DNA from: Thermodesulfobacteriota bacterium
GTDB lineage: Bacteria; Desulfobacterota_D; UBA1144; Nemesobacterales; N074bin48
Reading direction: 5' to 3'
DNA: 54,039 bases
Assembly (NCBI GenBank): GCA_041572575.1
Contig: JBFFSH010000005.1
Location: 1 to 54,039 of the forward strand
Position numbers and translations under genes: made by a program. Below are positions 1-11,800 of this stretch, in pieces. Below the pieces are notes generated by a model that had not been told where the DNA came from, did not search any database, and saw only the letters and a program-made list of their open reading frames with translations. Each line of letters starts with the position of its first letter. Positions within the stretch are counted from its first letter, which is position 1.

Positions 1-1
1 T

Positions 2-1363
2 AGAAGAGAAGTAAAGTCTTACAAGCAGTTGCCTGTAAACCTGTATCAGATTCAGACCAAGTTTCGTGACGAGATACGTCCACGTTTTGGAGTCATGCGC
101 GCAAGAGAGTTCATCATGAAAGACGCATACAGCTTTGATGCCACGGATGAAGGCGCAGATAAATCATACTGGGCGATGTACGAGGCGTATAGCAGAATAT
201 TCGAGAGATGCGGACTCGAGTTCAGGGCAGTACTTGCAGACACTGGAAACATAGGCGGTAGTTTTTCACATGAATTTATGGTGCTTGCAGAAACCGGTGA
301 GGATGTGGTGATGAGCTGTGATAAATGCGATTACGCTGCCAACCTGGAGCTTGCTGAAATTAAGCAGACAGATGAAAACAATGGTACTGAGTCAGAAGAA
401 CAAAAAGATATAGAAGAAGTACACACACCGGATTTAAAGACAGTAGAAGAGGTTGCCGAGTTTTTAAAAGTACAGACTGGTGATCTTATTAAGACCATGA
501 TCATCGAGGCAGACGAGCAGCCGCTTGTAGCGCTTGTCTCCGGGGATAATGAGCTTAGCATTACTAAACTTAGAAGACATCTGGGTGCAGATCAGGTAGA
601 GCTTGCAACTCCTGATGTAATTGAAAAGGTAACCGGTGGAGCTCTTGGGTTTAGCGGGCCAGTTGGTCTAAAAGTTAACATCGTTGCAGACCATTCAATA
701 AAACAAATTCAAAACGGAGTTACCGGAGCAAATAAAAAGGACTATCATCTTGTAAACGTGAACCTGGATAAGGATTATAAAGTAAGCGAGTTTGCAGACA
801 TAAGAGTGGCAGCAGACGGAGACGGGTGTCCAAACTGTGATGGCGGAAAACTTAAATCCACAAGAGGAATAGAAGTTGGCCACGTTTTCAAACTCGGCAC
901 AAAATACAGCGAGGCCATGAGTGCCAATTTTGTAGCAGAGGACGGAAAGGAAAAACCATTTATCATGGGATGTTATGGGATCGGAATTGGCAGGACAGTT
1001 GCAGCAGCCATTGAACAGAATTTTGATGACAGCGGTATGATACTTCCAAGGGCGCTTGCACCATTTGAGATAATAGTGATGCCACTAAACATGAAAGATG
1101 AAGATGTGGTTAAGCTATCCGATGATATATACAACAGTTTGGTAGAGAAAGGCTATGACGTTTTAATTGATGACAGAAAAGAGAGCGCAGGTTATAAATT
1201 TAAGGATGCCGATCTTATTGGAATACCTGTACATGTTCGCATCGGCCCAAAAACACTTAAAGATAATTCAGTTGAAATTAGGCTTAGGAGCACCGGCGAG
1301 AACAAGCTTGTTAAAATTGAAGATGCAGTATCAGAAGTAGATAAGATAATGAGAGAAATTTAA
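2..1363 (+). CDS. proS: Proline--tRNA ligase, 5'-truncated by the window edge
   Basis: Frame is open from base 2 (RREVKSYKQLPVNLYQIQTKFRDEIRPRFG); motif 2 FRDE, INS editing domain, GIEVGHVFKLG, MGCYGIGIGR, anticodon-binding domain DADLIGIP. Confidence 0.97.
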   Translation, partial: RREVKSYKQLPVNLYQIQTKFRDEIRPRFGVMRAREFIMKDAYSFDATDEGADKSYWAMYEAYSRIFERCGLEFRAVLADTGNIGGSFSHEFMVLAETGEDVVMSCDKCDYAANLELAEIKQTDENNGTESEEQKDIEEVHTPDLKTVEEVAEFLKVQTGDLIKTMIIEADEQPLVALVSGDNELSITKLRRHLGADQVELATPDVIEKVTGGALGFSGPVGLKVNIVADHSIKQIQNGVTGANKKDYHLVNVNLDKDYKVSEFADIRVAADGDGCPNCDGGKLKSTRGIEVGHVFKLGTKYSEAMSANFVAEDGKEKPFIMGCYGIGIGRTVAAAIEQNFDDSGMILPRALAPFEIIVMPLNMKDEDVVKLSDDIYNSLVEKGYDVLIDDRKESAGYKFKDADLIGIPVHVRIGPKTLKDNSVEIRLRSTGENKLVKIEDAVSEVDKIMREI

Positions 1364-1411
1364 TATTTATTTTCCTACTTCACATTCATTCCAAATAGCT
1401 TAAAATAGGGC

Positions 1412-2134
1412 ATGTCTTCTGAACAACTAAATCCCTATGAGAGAATAATATTAGCCCTGGACTTCGCTGATTTTAATGAGTCAGAGAAGTGGGTCAAACG
1501 GTTTAGTAGTAAGATAAAAACCTATAAAGTCGGCCCGATACTATACGTTAAGAACGGAACCGACGTACTAAAAAGGTTTTCCGAGCTTGGTGCTGATATT
1601 TTTCTAGATCTCAAATTCCACGACATTCCATCGACTGTAGAAAAAACCGTAAGGCAGCTTGCTGATCTGAATATCAATATGTTTACCCTCCATGCTCTTG
1701 GCGGTTTTGATATGATGAAAAGAGTATCCGAATCGGTTGCAGAAGAAGCAGATAAACTCTCAAAGCAAAAACCAATTACTCTGGCAGTTACTGTGCTTAC
1801 AAGTCATGACGAGAGTACATTAAGCGAGATAGGGATAAATAACTCTACAAAAGATGAAGTGTTGAAGCTTGCAGGTGTCGCCGATAAAGCCGGTATAGAC
1901 GGGCTTGTATGTTCAGGGCAGGAGCTTGAATTTATTAAACAGGAGTTTGGTGATAGGTTTAAACTTGTAATCCCTGGTATAAGACCAGCTAGTAATGTAC
2001 ATGATCAAAAACGAGTAATGACTCCAGAAGCAGCCGTATCAAAAGGCGCAGATTATCTTGTGATTGGTAGAGCTATCACGGAAGCAGAAGATCCTGATGA
2101 AGTTGTGGAGCAAATTAAGAAAGATATTAGTTGA
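1412..2134 (+). CDS. pyrF: Orotidine-5'-phosphate decarboxylase
   Basis: [11 protein letters not shown] (DxKxxD), VIPGIR, DQKR, LVIGRAI motifs. Confidence 0.97.
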   Translation: MSSEQLNPYERIILALDFADFNESEKWVKRFSSKIKTYKVGPILYVKNGTDVLKRFSELGADIFLDLKFHDIPSTVEKTVRQLADLNINMFTLHALGGFDMMKRVSESVAEEADKLSKQKPITLAVTVLTSHDESTLSEIGINNSTKDEVLKLAGVADKAGIDGLVCSGQELEFIKQEFGDRFKLVIPGIRPASNVHDQKRVMTPEAAVSKGADYLVIGRAITEAEDPDEVVEQIKKDIS

Positions 2135-2453
2135 TATCCAAAGCTGCAAGAAGTGCATTGTCCAGAGATTTGATTGTTTTGGGTTCTAAACAGCCAATAT
2201 AGTTTGTAAGAATTGTTTTAGGCAAGCTCACAAGTTCATCGCAGTGAATGCTGCTTTCATGTTTAAGCCCTTCCTTTGTTCCTATTGGAATTTGCGTGGA
2301 TAGTCCATCATATTTTGAATACACAGGAGCACATATAACGGTAGAAAAACGTGAATCGATAAGAACTTGACGGCTTACTATGATAAATACCCTTTGTTTT
2401 TTAGGGTCTCTGGAAGATGGATTTTGTACCAAATACAATTCACCCCGTTTCAT
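2127..2453 (-). CDS. PemK/MazF-family toxin endoribonuclease
   Basis: [36 protein letters not shown]; 108 aa; 4-bp overlap with upstream antitoxin. Confidence 0.9.
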   Translation of the reverse strand: MKRGELYLVQNPSSRDPKKQRVFIIVSRQVLIDSRFSTVICAPVYSKYDGLSTQIPIGTKEGLKHESSIHCDELVSLPKTILTNYIGCLEPKTIKSLDNALLAALDIN

Positions 2454-2680
2454 GGTATTGTCTGATATGAAAGCACATCTTCAGCTTCTTTATTTAATCG
2501 ATCAGCTTCTTTGTTTAAAATAGCAAGATCTTTTACATCCTGTTCGTCTTTTTTTAATTTCTCAATATAAGATTTGATAGCCTGTTCAATAAAATCAGAC
2601 CTGTTTTTAAAATCAGACAATCTTTTATCCATTGTTCTTAGAATATCTTCTGATAGTGTTATTGATGTCTTGACTTTCAT
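2450..2680 (-). CDS. Ribbon-helix-helix antitoxin, partner of the MazF-like toxin; start likely 2680 (MKVKTSITL)
   Basis: RHH pattern [21 protein letters not shown]; acidic C-terminus; directly upstream of toxin. Confidence 0.85.
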   Translation of the reverse strand: MKVKTSITLSEDILRTMDKRLSDFKNRSDFIEQAIKSYIEKLKKDEQDVKDLAILNKEADRLNKEAEDVLSYQTIP

Positions 2681-2686
2681 ACTACC

Positions 2687-2714
2687 ATTATACCCCATAA
2701 ATATTCCATTTCAA
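2687..2714 (-). promoter_or_regulatory. Sigma70-type promoter of the TA operon, probably leaderless
   Basis: Minus strand TTGAAA-16nt-TATAAT-ggtagt-ATG. Confidence 0.6.
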
Positions 2715-2722
2715 TTCTCAAC

Positions 2723-2756
2723 AGTGGAAGAAATTATTTCTCAAATTTCTCCCACT
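2723..2756 (-). terminator. Hairpin downstream of clpB
   Basis: 13-bp arms AGTGGGAGAAATT/AATTTCTTCCACT with one G-U pair, just after the clpB stop; no clear U-tract. Confidence 0.45.
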
Positions 2757-2764
2757 TAATAATC

Positions 2765-5368
2765 TTATGCAGCTTTTTTCTTGTTCTCTTTCTTATTAAA
2801 AGTGAAATCCTTATTCTTGTCTACATCTACAAATATCAAATCACCTTCTTTGTACTCACCTTTAAGTAGCTCTGTTGCAAGAGGATTTTGAATGAGCTTT
2901 TGTATCGTCCTTTTAAGAGGTCGCGCGCCATATATCGGGTCATAACCCTGCTCGGCAAGAGCCTCTTTTGCTTCGTCGGAAAGTTCGATATCCATTTTTT
3001 TGTCTTCCAGTCTCTTTCTTAAATGGTCCACCTGAATTTCTACAATCTCTTTTATATGATCCAATGATAAAGGTTTGTAGATCACAATCTCATCGATCCT
3101 GTTTAAAAATTCAGGTCTGAATGATGCCTTTACCACTTCCATAACGTTTTCTTCAAGTTTCTTTTCGTCTTTAATGTTTTCCTGAATATGATGGCTTCCA
3201 AGATTAGAAGTCATGATTATCACAGTGTTTCTAAAGTCTACAGTCCTACCCTGTCCGTCTGTAAGCCTTCCGTCATCGAGAATCTGCAGTAGAACGTTAA
3301 ATACATCGCTATGAGCTTTTTCAATCTCATCAAAGAGTATCACGGTATAAGGTCTTCTCCTTACGGCCTCAGAGAGTTGGCCGCCTTCTTCATAACCAAC
3401 ATATCCGGGAGGGGCGCCAATGAGCCTTGAAACCGTGTGCTTTTCCATGTATTCACTCATATCGATTCTTACCAGTGCACTCTCATCATCAAACATAAAC
3501 TCGGCAAGAGCCTTTGCAAGCTCAGTTTTCCCAACGCCTGTTGGCCCCAGAAATATAAATGAACCTATAGGCCTGTTTGGATCGGAAAGCCCAGAGCGTG
3601 AGCGCCTGAGCGCATCGGAAACTGCTTTTATTGCATCGTCCTGACCGATTACCCTTTTTACAAGCCTCTCTTCCATCTGTATCAGTTTTTCTACTTCACC
3701 TTCAAGCAGACGGGATACGGGAATGCCAGTCCATTTTGCAACTATCTGTGCAATGTCCTCAGCATCAACTTCTTCTTTTAGCATTTTTTTGCTCTTTTGT
3801 ATCTCAACCAGTTCTGTATTTAGCTTTTCTAATCTTTCATGCAGGTCTGGAAGTTTTCCATATAACAATTCAGAAGCCTGATTTAGCTCTCCGATTCTTT
3901 GAGCTCTTTCAGCCTCGACTTTTACATTATCAATTTCTTCTTTGGTTTTTCTAATTTCTGTTATTGTGTCTTTTTCTCTCTGCCAGTGTGCCTTGAGACC
4001 CGAAACCTCTTCATTCAGGTTTGCAATATCCTTTTCTATATTTTTGAGCTTATCTTTTGAAGAAGCATCCTTTTCTTTTGACAGTGCCTGTTTTTCAATC
4101 TCTAGCTGCATTATTTTTCTGTTAAGCTCATCTATCTCCGTAGGCATGGAATCTATTTCCATCTTGAGCCTTGCAGCTGCTTCATCTATCAGATCTACTG
4201 CCTTATCCGGCAGAAACCTTGCTGTGATATATCTGTTGGACAGCACACCTGCAGCAATGAGCGCATCGTCTTTTATTTTTACTCCATGATGCACTTCGTA
4301 TTTCTCTTTTAGTCCCCTAAGAATAGAAATTGCTTCTTCTACAGAAGGCTCTCCAACAAACACCTGCTGAAACCTTCTTTCAAGTGCAGCATCTTTTTCA
4401 ATATGTTTTCTGAATTCGTCAAGAGTAGTAGCACCAATACAGTGAAGCTCCCCTCTTGCTAGTGCAGGTTTTAGCATATTTGATGCATCCATCGCCCCCT
4501 CTGCTGCACCGGCACCGACAACTGTGTGAATCTCATCTATGAACAGAATTATTTCACCCTCAGAGTCCGTAACTTCTTTAAGTACAGCTTTTAATCTTTC
4601 CTCAAACTGTCCCCTAAACTTGGCTCCGGCGATAATGGAGCCAATATCCAGTGCAATGAGTTTTTTATTCTTTAGCCCTTCGGGTACGTCACCGTTTACA
4701 ATCCTCTGGGCAAGTCCCTCTACAATAGCAGTTTTTCCCACACCCGGTTCACCAATAAGTACGGGGTTGTTCTTAGTTCTTCTGGAAAGTACCTGAATCA
4801 CCCTTCTGATTTCTTCGTCCCTTCCAATTACCGGGTCAATCTTTCCCTGTCTGGCAAGTTCGGTGAAGTCTTTTCCAAACTGCTTCAAAGACTGCATTGT
4901 GTCTTCGGGGTTTTGGCTTGTAACAGGGTCTGAACCCCTTACATCTTTAAGTGCTTTTAAGATATTGTCCCTGGTTATATCAGCGCTTTTAAACGCATTT
5001 TTCAGATTTCCTATAGAATGTTGAACAATTCCTATAAGCAGGTGTTCGGTGCTTATGTATTCATCACCTAAAGACTTTGCCTCTTTTTCTGCTGTTCTTA
5101 GAGCCTGGCTAAGCTCTTTGCTTACATAAATTTGGTCTCCAGCCCCCTCTACCTTGGGTAGAGCTTTATAGTCATTTTCTGCTATAGTTTTGATTTCATT
5201 TGATGACGCTCCGAGCTTGGAAATAATCTCGCCTGGAATTCCTTGCTCAGAGAGAAGGACGAACAAAACATGTGGTATGTCGATTACCTGATTGCTTTGA
5301 TCTTGCGCTAAAGACTGTGCTTCACTAAGCGCCTCCTGTGCTTTGATTGTAAGTTTGTCAAATTTCAT
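2765..5368 (-). CDS. clpB: ATP-dependent chaperone ClpB
   Basis: Two AAA+ modules ([16 protein letters not shown]), long middle coiled-coil, [18 protein letters not shown]. Confidence 0.98.
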   Translation of the reverse strand: MKFDKLTIKAQEALSEAQSLAQDQSNQVIDIPHVLFVLLSEQGIPGEIISKLGASSNEIKTIAENDYKALPKVEGAGDQIYVSKELSQALRTAEKEAKSLGDEYISTEHLLIGIVQHSIGNLKNAFKSADITRDNILKALKDVRGSDPVTSQNPEDTMQSLKQFGKDFTELARQGKIDPVIGRDEEIRRVIQVLSRRTKNNPVLIGEPGVGKTAIVEGLAQRIVNGDVPEGLKNKKLIALDIGSIIAGAKFRGQFEERLKAVLKEVTDSEGEIILFIDEIHTVVGAGAAEGAMDASNMLKPALARGELHCIGATTLDEFRKHIEKDAALERRFQQVFVGEPSVEEAISILRGLKEKYEVHHGVKIKDDALIAAGVLSNRYITARFLPDKAVDLIDEAAARLKMEIDSMPTEIDELNRKIMQLEIEKQALSKEKDASSKDKLKNIEKDIANLNEEVSGLKAHWQREKDTITEIRKTKEEIDNVKVEAERAQRIGELNQASELLYGKLPDLHERLEKLNTELVEIQKSKKMLKEEVDAEDIAQIVAKWTGIPVSRLLEGEVEKLIQMEERLVKRVIGQDDAIKAVSDALRRSRSGLSDPNRPIGSFIFLGPTGVGKTELAKALAEFMFDDESALVRIDMSEYMEKHTVSRLIGAPPGYVGYEEGGQLSEAVRRRPYTVILFDEIEKAHSDVFNVLLQILDDGRLTDGQGRTVDFRNTVIIMTSNLGSHHIQENIKDEKKLEENVMEVVKASFRPEFLNRIDEIVIYKPLSLDHIKEIVEIQVDHLRKRLEDKKMDIELSDEAKEALAEQGYDPIYGARPLKRTIQKLIQNPLATELLKGEYKEGDLIFVDVDKNKDFTFNKKENKKKAA

Positions 5369-5566
5369 ATTTATCTCCCTAATTAATATCTATAAAGATA
5401 AAATATTAATCCTTTTTGTTATTTCAAGGTCTGAATCGGGATAAATTTTTCAACTAAGATACAATTATAAGACATCCATATTTAAAGGATATGACTTTGA
5501 CTAATGATAAATTAATTGTATATTCTCGCCTTACTTTTTTTATAAAAAGAGTAATATTTCAAAGAG

Positions 5567-5944
5567 GTGAAATTGGAAAGTTTAGGGCAGCACTATCTAA
5601 TAGAATTGTACGAATGTGATCCTCATATTCTAGATGATCTGGACGCAGTAAAAGAGATCATGCTCTCAGCTGCTAAAAAATCCGGAGCAACTATCCTTAA
5701 AGATTTCCTTCATAAATTTTCTCCACAGGGAGTAAGCGGGGTAGTAATTATTGCAGAGTCTCATCTGGCCATACACACCTGGCCTGAGAACAATTATGCA
5801 GGGGTTGATTTCTTTACTTGCGGGGCAAAAGTAGATCCTCTGGTAGCTTACGCATATATAAAGGAAAAGCTGCATTCCAGGCACAGCAATTATACTATAC
5901 TTGAGAGGGGAAAAATCGAAGAACTGGAAATCGCTGCAGGATAG
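5567..5944 (+). CDS. speD: S-adenosylmethionine decarboxylase proenzyme, short pyruvoyl class 1B
   Basis: FSPQGVSGVVIIAESHLAIHTWPE..DFFTCG; ESH self-cleavage site; GTG start. Confidence 0.9.
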   Translation: MKLESLGQHYLIELYECDPHILDDLDAVKEIMLSAAKKSGATILKDFLHKFSPQGVSGVVIIAESHLAIHTWPENNYAGVDFFTCGAKVDPLVAYAYIKEKLHSRHSNYTILERGKIEELEIAAG

Positions 5945-5961
5945 CCGGCTATCCTGCTTTT
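5936..5961. terminator. Perfect 22-bp palindrome plus T-run between convergent speD and trxA
   Basis: GCAGGATAGCC|GGCTATCCTGC followed by TTTT; overlaps the speD stop codon. Confidence 0.7.
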
Positions 5962-6292
5962 ATTCCATAACTTTTGCTACAACTCTTTCAATCTCTGTTT
6001 TTGGAACTGCACCTATAATTTGCTCGGCCACTTCTCCATCTTTAAAAACAAGCAGGGTGGGAATACTTCTAATACCAAACTTCATACTTACCTGCTGATT
6101 GTCGTCAACATTTAATTTGCCCACTTTTAGTTTTCCTGCAAGAGATTCAGATAGTTCTTCTACTACCGGAGCAATAATTCTGCATGGGCCGCACCAGGGT
6201 GCCCAAAAGTCTACTAATACCGGAAGATCGCTGTTGATTACCTCGCTTTCAAAATTATCATCGCTGAATTCGTTTACGTTACCGCTTGCCAT
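5960..6292 (-). CDS. trxA: Thioredoxin
   Basis: VDFWAPWCGPC, cis-Pro SIPT; GGAG RBS upstream. Confidence 0.97.
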   Translation of the reverse strand: MASGNVNEFSDDNFESEVINSDLPVLVDFWAPWCGPCRIIAPVVEELSESLAGKLKVGKLNVDDNQQVSMKFGIRSIPTLLVFKDGEVAEQIIGAVPKTEIERVVAKVME

Positions 6293-6428
6293 TTACTTCT
6301 CCTTTTTTTCTTAAGTTAAGCATGTAGTATGCTATCTAATATCAGATTTTCAAGATGATTTAAATTTTTGATTACTTTTATAATGCCTATAATTGTTAAG
6401 ATAGTATTAAGCAGATTTGGATTCTACA

Positions 6429-7706
6429 TTAACTGATTTTGCCTTTGTAGGTTTCTTTAATAAGAAGTGCAGCAGTTAGTGATATTACACAGCAAAATGT
6501 AAGATAAATTCCAGGTGATCCAATGTCTCCGGTTTGTTTTATCATATATGTTGCCACAAGAGGTGCGCTACCTCCAAAGATGGAAAAACCGATCACATGT
6601 CCAAGAGATAGTCCGGACATCCTAACCCTTGCGGGCAGGGATTCTACCATATAAGGCGCTGCCGCACCGGCAACTGTAGACATAGCGATACCGGCGCAAA
6701 TCTGGATCAATATTTTGTACATGAGGGCATCATTAGAAAATAGCGGGAAAAACAGATAAGAAGTAATTACAGAAGATAAACAGCCTATAATAAGTACCGG
6801 TTTTCTGCCCACTCTGTCAGATATATATCCAAATACAGGAATAAAAAGAGTTATGATAAATAGGTCTATAGTGTTTATTTTTAGTATCTGGGAAATATGC
6901 ATGCTTTCAAATGCCACCGCATGTCTTATTATATAGATAAAAATAATGTAAAAAGGAACAGCAATTGCTATTGTAATTCCAAGGATTAGAGATAGCTCTT
7001 TCCAGTTTTTCTGCAGAGCTTCATTTATGGGTGCCTTGGCAATATTCCCGGATTCTTTAAGTTTAGTGAATGTTTCTGATTCGCTGACATTTTTTTTGAG
7101 ATAATAGGCGACTATTCCATTTGCAATTCCAAGAAGGAAGGGGATTCTCCATCCCCAAGAGAGGAATTGCTCAGGGGATAATATTGAGCTGATAAAGGAA
7201 ATTACAGCTGAAGCAAGTACAATACCCATACAGGTACTAAAAAGTGAGACACTTCCAAAAACCCCTCTCAGGTTTTCCGGAGCATTTTCTACCAGAAATG
7301 AAAGAGATGCAGATCTCTCGCCGCCTATGGAAAATCCCTGAGCTATTCTAAATATTACTAGAAGAATTGTGGCTAATATACCTATTTGCTCATAAGTTGG
7401 CAGAAGCCCAATCAGAACAGTTGGAACCGTGATAAATATTATAGAAAGCAGCAGTACGTTTTTTCTTCCAACACTGTCTCCAATTCTTCCTAATATTAAA
7501 CCGCCAAGGGGTCTGAATATGAAACTCACGGCAAATACGGAGTAGGTTGCAATTATGGATAGAGTCTCATTTTCGGATGGAAAATAAAGCTTAGCTAATA
7601 CTACGGCTAAAAATCCGAATAGTGAAAAATCATACCATTCAATAATTATAGAAATAGAACTCGTTAATACTGTTTTCTTGTTTGAACCGGTTAGTTCTGT
7701 AGACAT
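6429..7706 (-). CDS. MFS transporter, MHS (ProP/ShiA-like) family
   Basis: EWYDF, RPLGGLILGRIGDSVGRK, QGFSIGGE, WGWRIPFL, SDRVGRK; about 12 hydrophobic segments. Confidence 0.9.
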   Translation of the reverse strand: MSTELTGSNKKTVLTSSISIIIEWYDFSLFGFLAVVLAKLYFPSENETLSIIATYSVFAVSFIFRPLGGLILGRIGDSVGRKNVLLLSIIFITVPTVLIGLLPTYEQIGILATILLVIFRIAQGFSIGGERSASLSFLVENAPENLRGVFGSVSLFSTCMGIVLASAVISFISSILSPEQFLSWGWRIPFLLGIANGIVAYYLKKNVSESETFTKLKESGNIAKAPINEALQKNWKELSLILGITIAIAVPFYIIFIYIIRHAVAFESMHISQILKINTIDLFIITLFIPVFGYISDRVGRKPVLIIGCLSSVITSYLFFPLFSNDALMYKILIQICAGIAMSTVAGAAAPYMVESLPARVRMSGLSLGHVIGFSIFGGSAPLVATYMIKQTGDIGSPGIYLTFCCVISLTAALLIKETYKGKIS

Positions 7707-7792
7707 TAACTTAATTTTTAAAATTCATGTGGCAATTCGATAATATTAAGTCAATATATATAAATTAAAAGGGATTAAATTTAAAAACGTTT

Positions 7793-8875
7793 ATGAATAT
7801 TGCTAAATTAACTATAATTGTGCTGGTATTAATACTTACTACAGCAAGCGCATTTTCTCAGGCGCCGCCGCCAACACCTGTAGAGGTTGCACTTGTAGAA
7901 GAAAAAGTACTCAACAGACCCGTGAGTTTTGTGGGAAATGTTGTCCCATTTAAAAGAAGTGTAATCGCAAGTGAGGTTGAGGGACTAGTGAGTAATTTTC
8001 CAGCTTATGAAGGGCTTTTTGTAAAGCAGGGCGAGGTATTGGTGGAGTTTAAGACAAGTACGCTTGAGTTAAATTTAAAAGAAGCCAAGGCCTCAAAACA
8101 GGAAGCAGCCTCAAGGTATACACTTGCAAGAAACAATCTAAAGCGTATACAAAACCTGCATGATAAGGGGGTAGCATCCATCCAGGAACTACAGGATGCG
8201 CAGTCAGAAAGAAATGCATGGTTTGCAAGGCTTACACAGCTCAAATCACAGATCGAGCAGGATGAATATGACCTTGGGGTTTCCAGAATAAAAGCGCCTT
8301 TTACGGGGTTTGTAGTGGCTAAACACACTGAGGTTGGTCAGTGGGTAGAAGAAGGTGGACAGGTGCTTGAGCTTATAGAAATAGACAAACTCAAAATTGT
8401 AATAAACATACCGGAAAACTTTGTGGGTAAGTTAAAACACGAAGACAGAGTGATTGTGAATTTTGATGCGCTTCCCGGAAATGATTTTGATGCTAAAGTA
8501 GACGCAATTGTCCCACAGGCTGACAGGGAGTCACGCACTTTCCCTATAATAATAGTTCTGCAAAATAAGGATTATTTAATAAAAAGCGGCATGGTTGCAA
8601 GGGCTTCATTTCTAATTGGCGACGAGCAGCCAGTAAAACTTGTCCCAAAAGATGCGATAATAGAATTTAATAAAAGCAAGATGGTCTATGTTGTAAATGA
8701 AGGTGCGGCACAACCTGTTCCTGTAAGTCCCGGGTTTGCATTTGAGGATATGATTCAGGTAAGCGGCGAGCTTTTAAAAGGACAGCAGGTAGTAATAAGA
8801 GGAAATGAACGCCTTAGACCAAACCAGCCTGTAAAGATAATTAACGGAAGCGACAGTCCACAAGAAGCCTCATGA
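7793..8875 (+). CDS. RND efflux periplasmic adaptor (membrane fusion protein)
   Basis: Signal peptide, lipoyl halves (SEVEG, IKAPFTG), alpha-hairpin, VPKDA; overlaps the RND start. Confidence 0.92.
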   Translation: MNIAKLTIIVLVLILTTASAFSQAPPPTPVEVALVEEKVLNRPVSFVGNVVPFKRSVIASEVEGLVSNFPAYEGLFVKQGEVLVEFKTSTLELNLKEAKASKQEAASRYTLARNNLKRIQNLHDKGVASIQELQDAQSERNAWFARLTQLKSQIEQDEYDLGVSRIKAPFTGFVVAKHTEVGQWVEEGGQVLELIEIDKLKIVINIPENFVGKLKHEDRVIVNFDALPGNDFDAKVDAIVPQADRESRTFPIIIVLQNKDYLIKSGMVARASFLIGDEQPVKLVPKDAIIEFNKSKMVYVVNEGAAQPVPVSPGFAFEDMIQVSGELLKGQQVVIRGNERLRPNQPVKIINGSDSPQEAS

Positions 8876-11800
8876 AACTAGTTGAATCTTCTATACTAAA
8901 GCCGGTAAGTGTTGTTGTGGGTGTAATCTTTGTTGTTCTTTTTGGATTAATCTCTCTATTCAAGATTCCTGTTCAGCTTACCCCCGATGTAGAAAAACCA
9001 AGGATTACAGTGGAAACAAGGTGGATAGGGGGTAGTCCTACTGAGGTAGAGACTGAAATTGTAAGGGAACAGGAAGATGAGCTTAAGACTGTTCAGGGCC
9101 TTACCGAGATGACAAGTGAAAGCTCTGACGGCAGTGGAAAAGTGATCCTGGAGTTTGCAGTTGGTACTGATATTGATGCTTCACTTGTGGATGTATCCAA
9201 TAAGTTGGAACAGGTAAGAGAATACCCTTCTGATGCAGACAGGCCTGTGATAAGCAATGTGGATGTAAGATCAAGCGCCATTGCCTGGTTTATTTTAAAA
9301 CCTCTGCCCGGAAATGAAACGGACATAAACACATATCATGATTTTACCGAGGATTTTATCAAACCCAGATTTGAAAGGGTGCCGGGAGTTGGTTCGTCCA
9401 ATGTCTTTGGCGGAAGGGAAAGGGAGATGCAGATTATCTTTAATCCCAATTCCCTTGCCGCAAGGGGAATAACTCTGTTAGACATGGCAAGGGCTATAGA
9501 TGCTGAGAATGATAACTACAGCGGCGGGGCGTTTGATGAGGGGAAGAGAAGATACATAGTTAGAACAATCGGGCAGTACAAATCGGTAAAGGATATTGAA
9601 AATGTAGTAATAACGAGAAAAGGCGGCTCACCTGTATATGTAAAAGACGTGGCAAAGGTCAAACTTGGGTACAAAGATCCGGATTTTGCAGTAAGGCAAA
9701 ATGGAGCAGCTGCTATAGCCGTAAATGCGGTAAAGGAATCCGGTGCTAACACAATAGATGTTATGGACGGTCTACTGAAAGCTGTGGATGAGCTTAATGT
9801 GGGACTGCTAAAGGATAAAGGGCTTTATATAACTAATGTTTACAGAGAGACCAGTTATATAGTAGGAGCTATAGATCTTGTTAAACAAAACCTCATTATC
9901 GGCGGTATGCTTGCCATTGCCGTACTTTTACTGTTCCTAAGAAGCTCCAGCAGTACGATAGTTGTAGCAACTGCTATTCCAATTAGTATCATCGGAACGT
10001 TTATTGTTATGGCTTTATTAGGCAGGACAATAAATGTGATTAGCCTTGCCGGAATGAGCTTTGCTGTCGGCATGGTGATAGACAACTCCATTGTTGTATT
10101 AGAAAATATCTACCGTCATATGCAGATGGGTAAGACCAGAGTTCAGGCAGCCTTTGATGGGGCAACTGAGGTTTGGGGAGCTGTGCTTGCAAGTACTCTT
10201 ACTACAGCAGCTGTTTTTCTTCCCGTGATATTCGTGCAGGAGCAGGCGGGGCAGCTTTTTAAGGACATTGCAATTGCTATAAGTGTTTCCGTTGTTCTAA
10301 GCCTTATAATCGCGATCACTGTTATACCAACGTTCTCATCTAAAATATTGAAGATTGCTAAGCAACAAGATGGAAACAATTTTTTTAATCTATGGGGCCA
10401 TGACGCATTTGCTAAAAATATAGCCGGATACATTTCCAGTACTGTTGATAAGATTTTGTCTGATAATAAATTGAGGCTGACTGTTGTAGGAGGATTTACT
10501 TTTGGAGCAATATTTCTTAGTTTTCTTATGTTTCCTAAAACTGAATATCTACCTACGGGAAATAGGAATTTGGTTATGGGAATTTTAATTCCACCACCGG
10601 GATATAACATTGGTGAATTTACAGCGATAGGCAAAAAAATTGAAAAGGATCTGAAACCATATTGGGAAGCTAAACCAGGATCAAAAGAAGCAAAAAAATT
10701 AAAAGGGCCAACAATTAAAAATTTTTTCTATGTAGCAAGGGGAAGAAGTGTATTTATGGGAGCAGTTGCAAATGATCCTGGCAGGGTTAATGAACTAAAA
10801 CCTATAATGCAGTCTGCATTAAGGAAGATTCCGGGAATGATTGCAATAGTTTTACAGCGTAGTCTTTTCCAGCGAGGGCTAGGTGAGGGAAGAAATTTAA
10901 ATATTCAGATTACGGGGCCTGATATCGAAAAGCTTGTAGGGCTTGGTCAAAAAATATTTTTCTCAGTAATGAAAAAATTTCCTGACGGACAGTGGCGTCC
11001 GATTCCCAGCCTCGATCTTGGAAACCCCGAGGTACAGGTAATTACAAACAGGGAACGTGCTGCTGATGTGGGTATTACGAATGAAGAGCTTGGTTTCAGC
11101 GTAAATGCGCTTGTGGACGGGGTGCAGGTGAGTGATTACCTGATTGGTGGGGATGAGATTGATCTTGTTATTAGAGGTGAGGATAAATATTCGAGCAGGA
11201 CTCATGAGATAGAGAACTTGTATATTAATTCCAGCACGGGAGAGCTCTTTACAATTGGTTCTGTAGCAAAAGTGCAGGTTACAAACGGCCCGGAGCAGAT
11301 AAACCATTATGAGAGGCAGAGGACTATTGCAATTCAGGTGACTCCATCAGAGCAGATGCCGCTTGAGACTGCAATAGACATAGTTAACAAGGATATTCTG
11401 GCTCCGTTAAAAGCATCGGGAGAGCTTGGCGGGGAGTATAATGTACAGCTTACGGGAACTGCCGATGACCTTACTGTAACAAGGAGGGCACTTCAGTGGA
11501 ATTTTGTTCTTGCAGCTGTAATAGCATTTCTTCTTATGGCTTCACTTTTTGAAAGCTTCGTATATCCGTTTGTGATAATGTTCAGCGTGCCGCTTGCTGC
11601 ATTTGGCGGATTTTTAGGACTCCGGATTCTAAATATATTTACAGTTCAAGCACTTGATGTACTCACGATGCTTGGGTTTGTGATCTTAATAGGAATTGTT
11701 GTAAATAACGCAATCCTTATTGTCCATCAAGCCCTAAATAACATGAAAGAGCAGGGCATGGCAAACAGGGATGCAATATCAGAATCGGTCAAAACCAGAA

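Noticed and set aside
3420-4796. Short plus-strand ORFs inside clpB, and similar antisense ORFs across the window
   Set aside because: Antisense shadows of well-supported genes with no motifs or RBS
5400-6360. Sigma32-type promoters (CTTGAAA) upstream of clpB and trxA
   Set aside because: A -35-like CTTGAAA is present on the minus strand in both, but there is no CCCCAT-like -10 at a proper spacing, and no CIRCE
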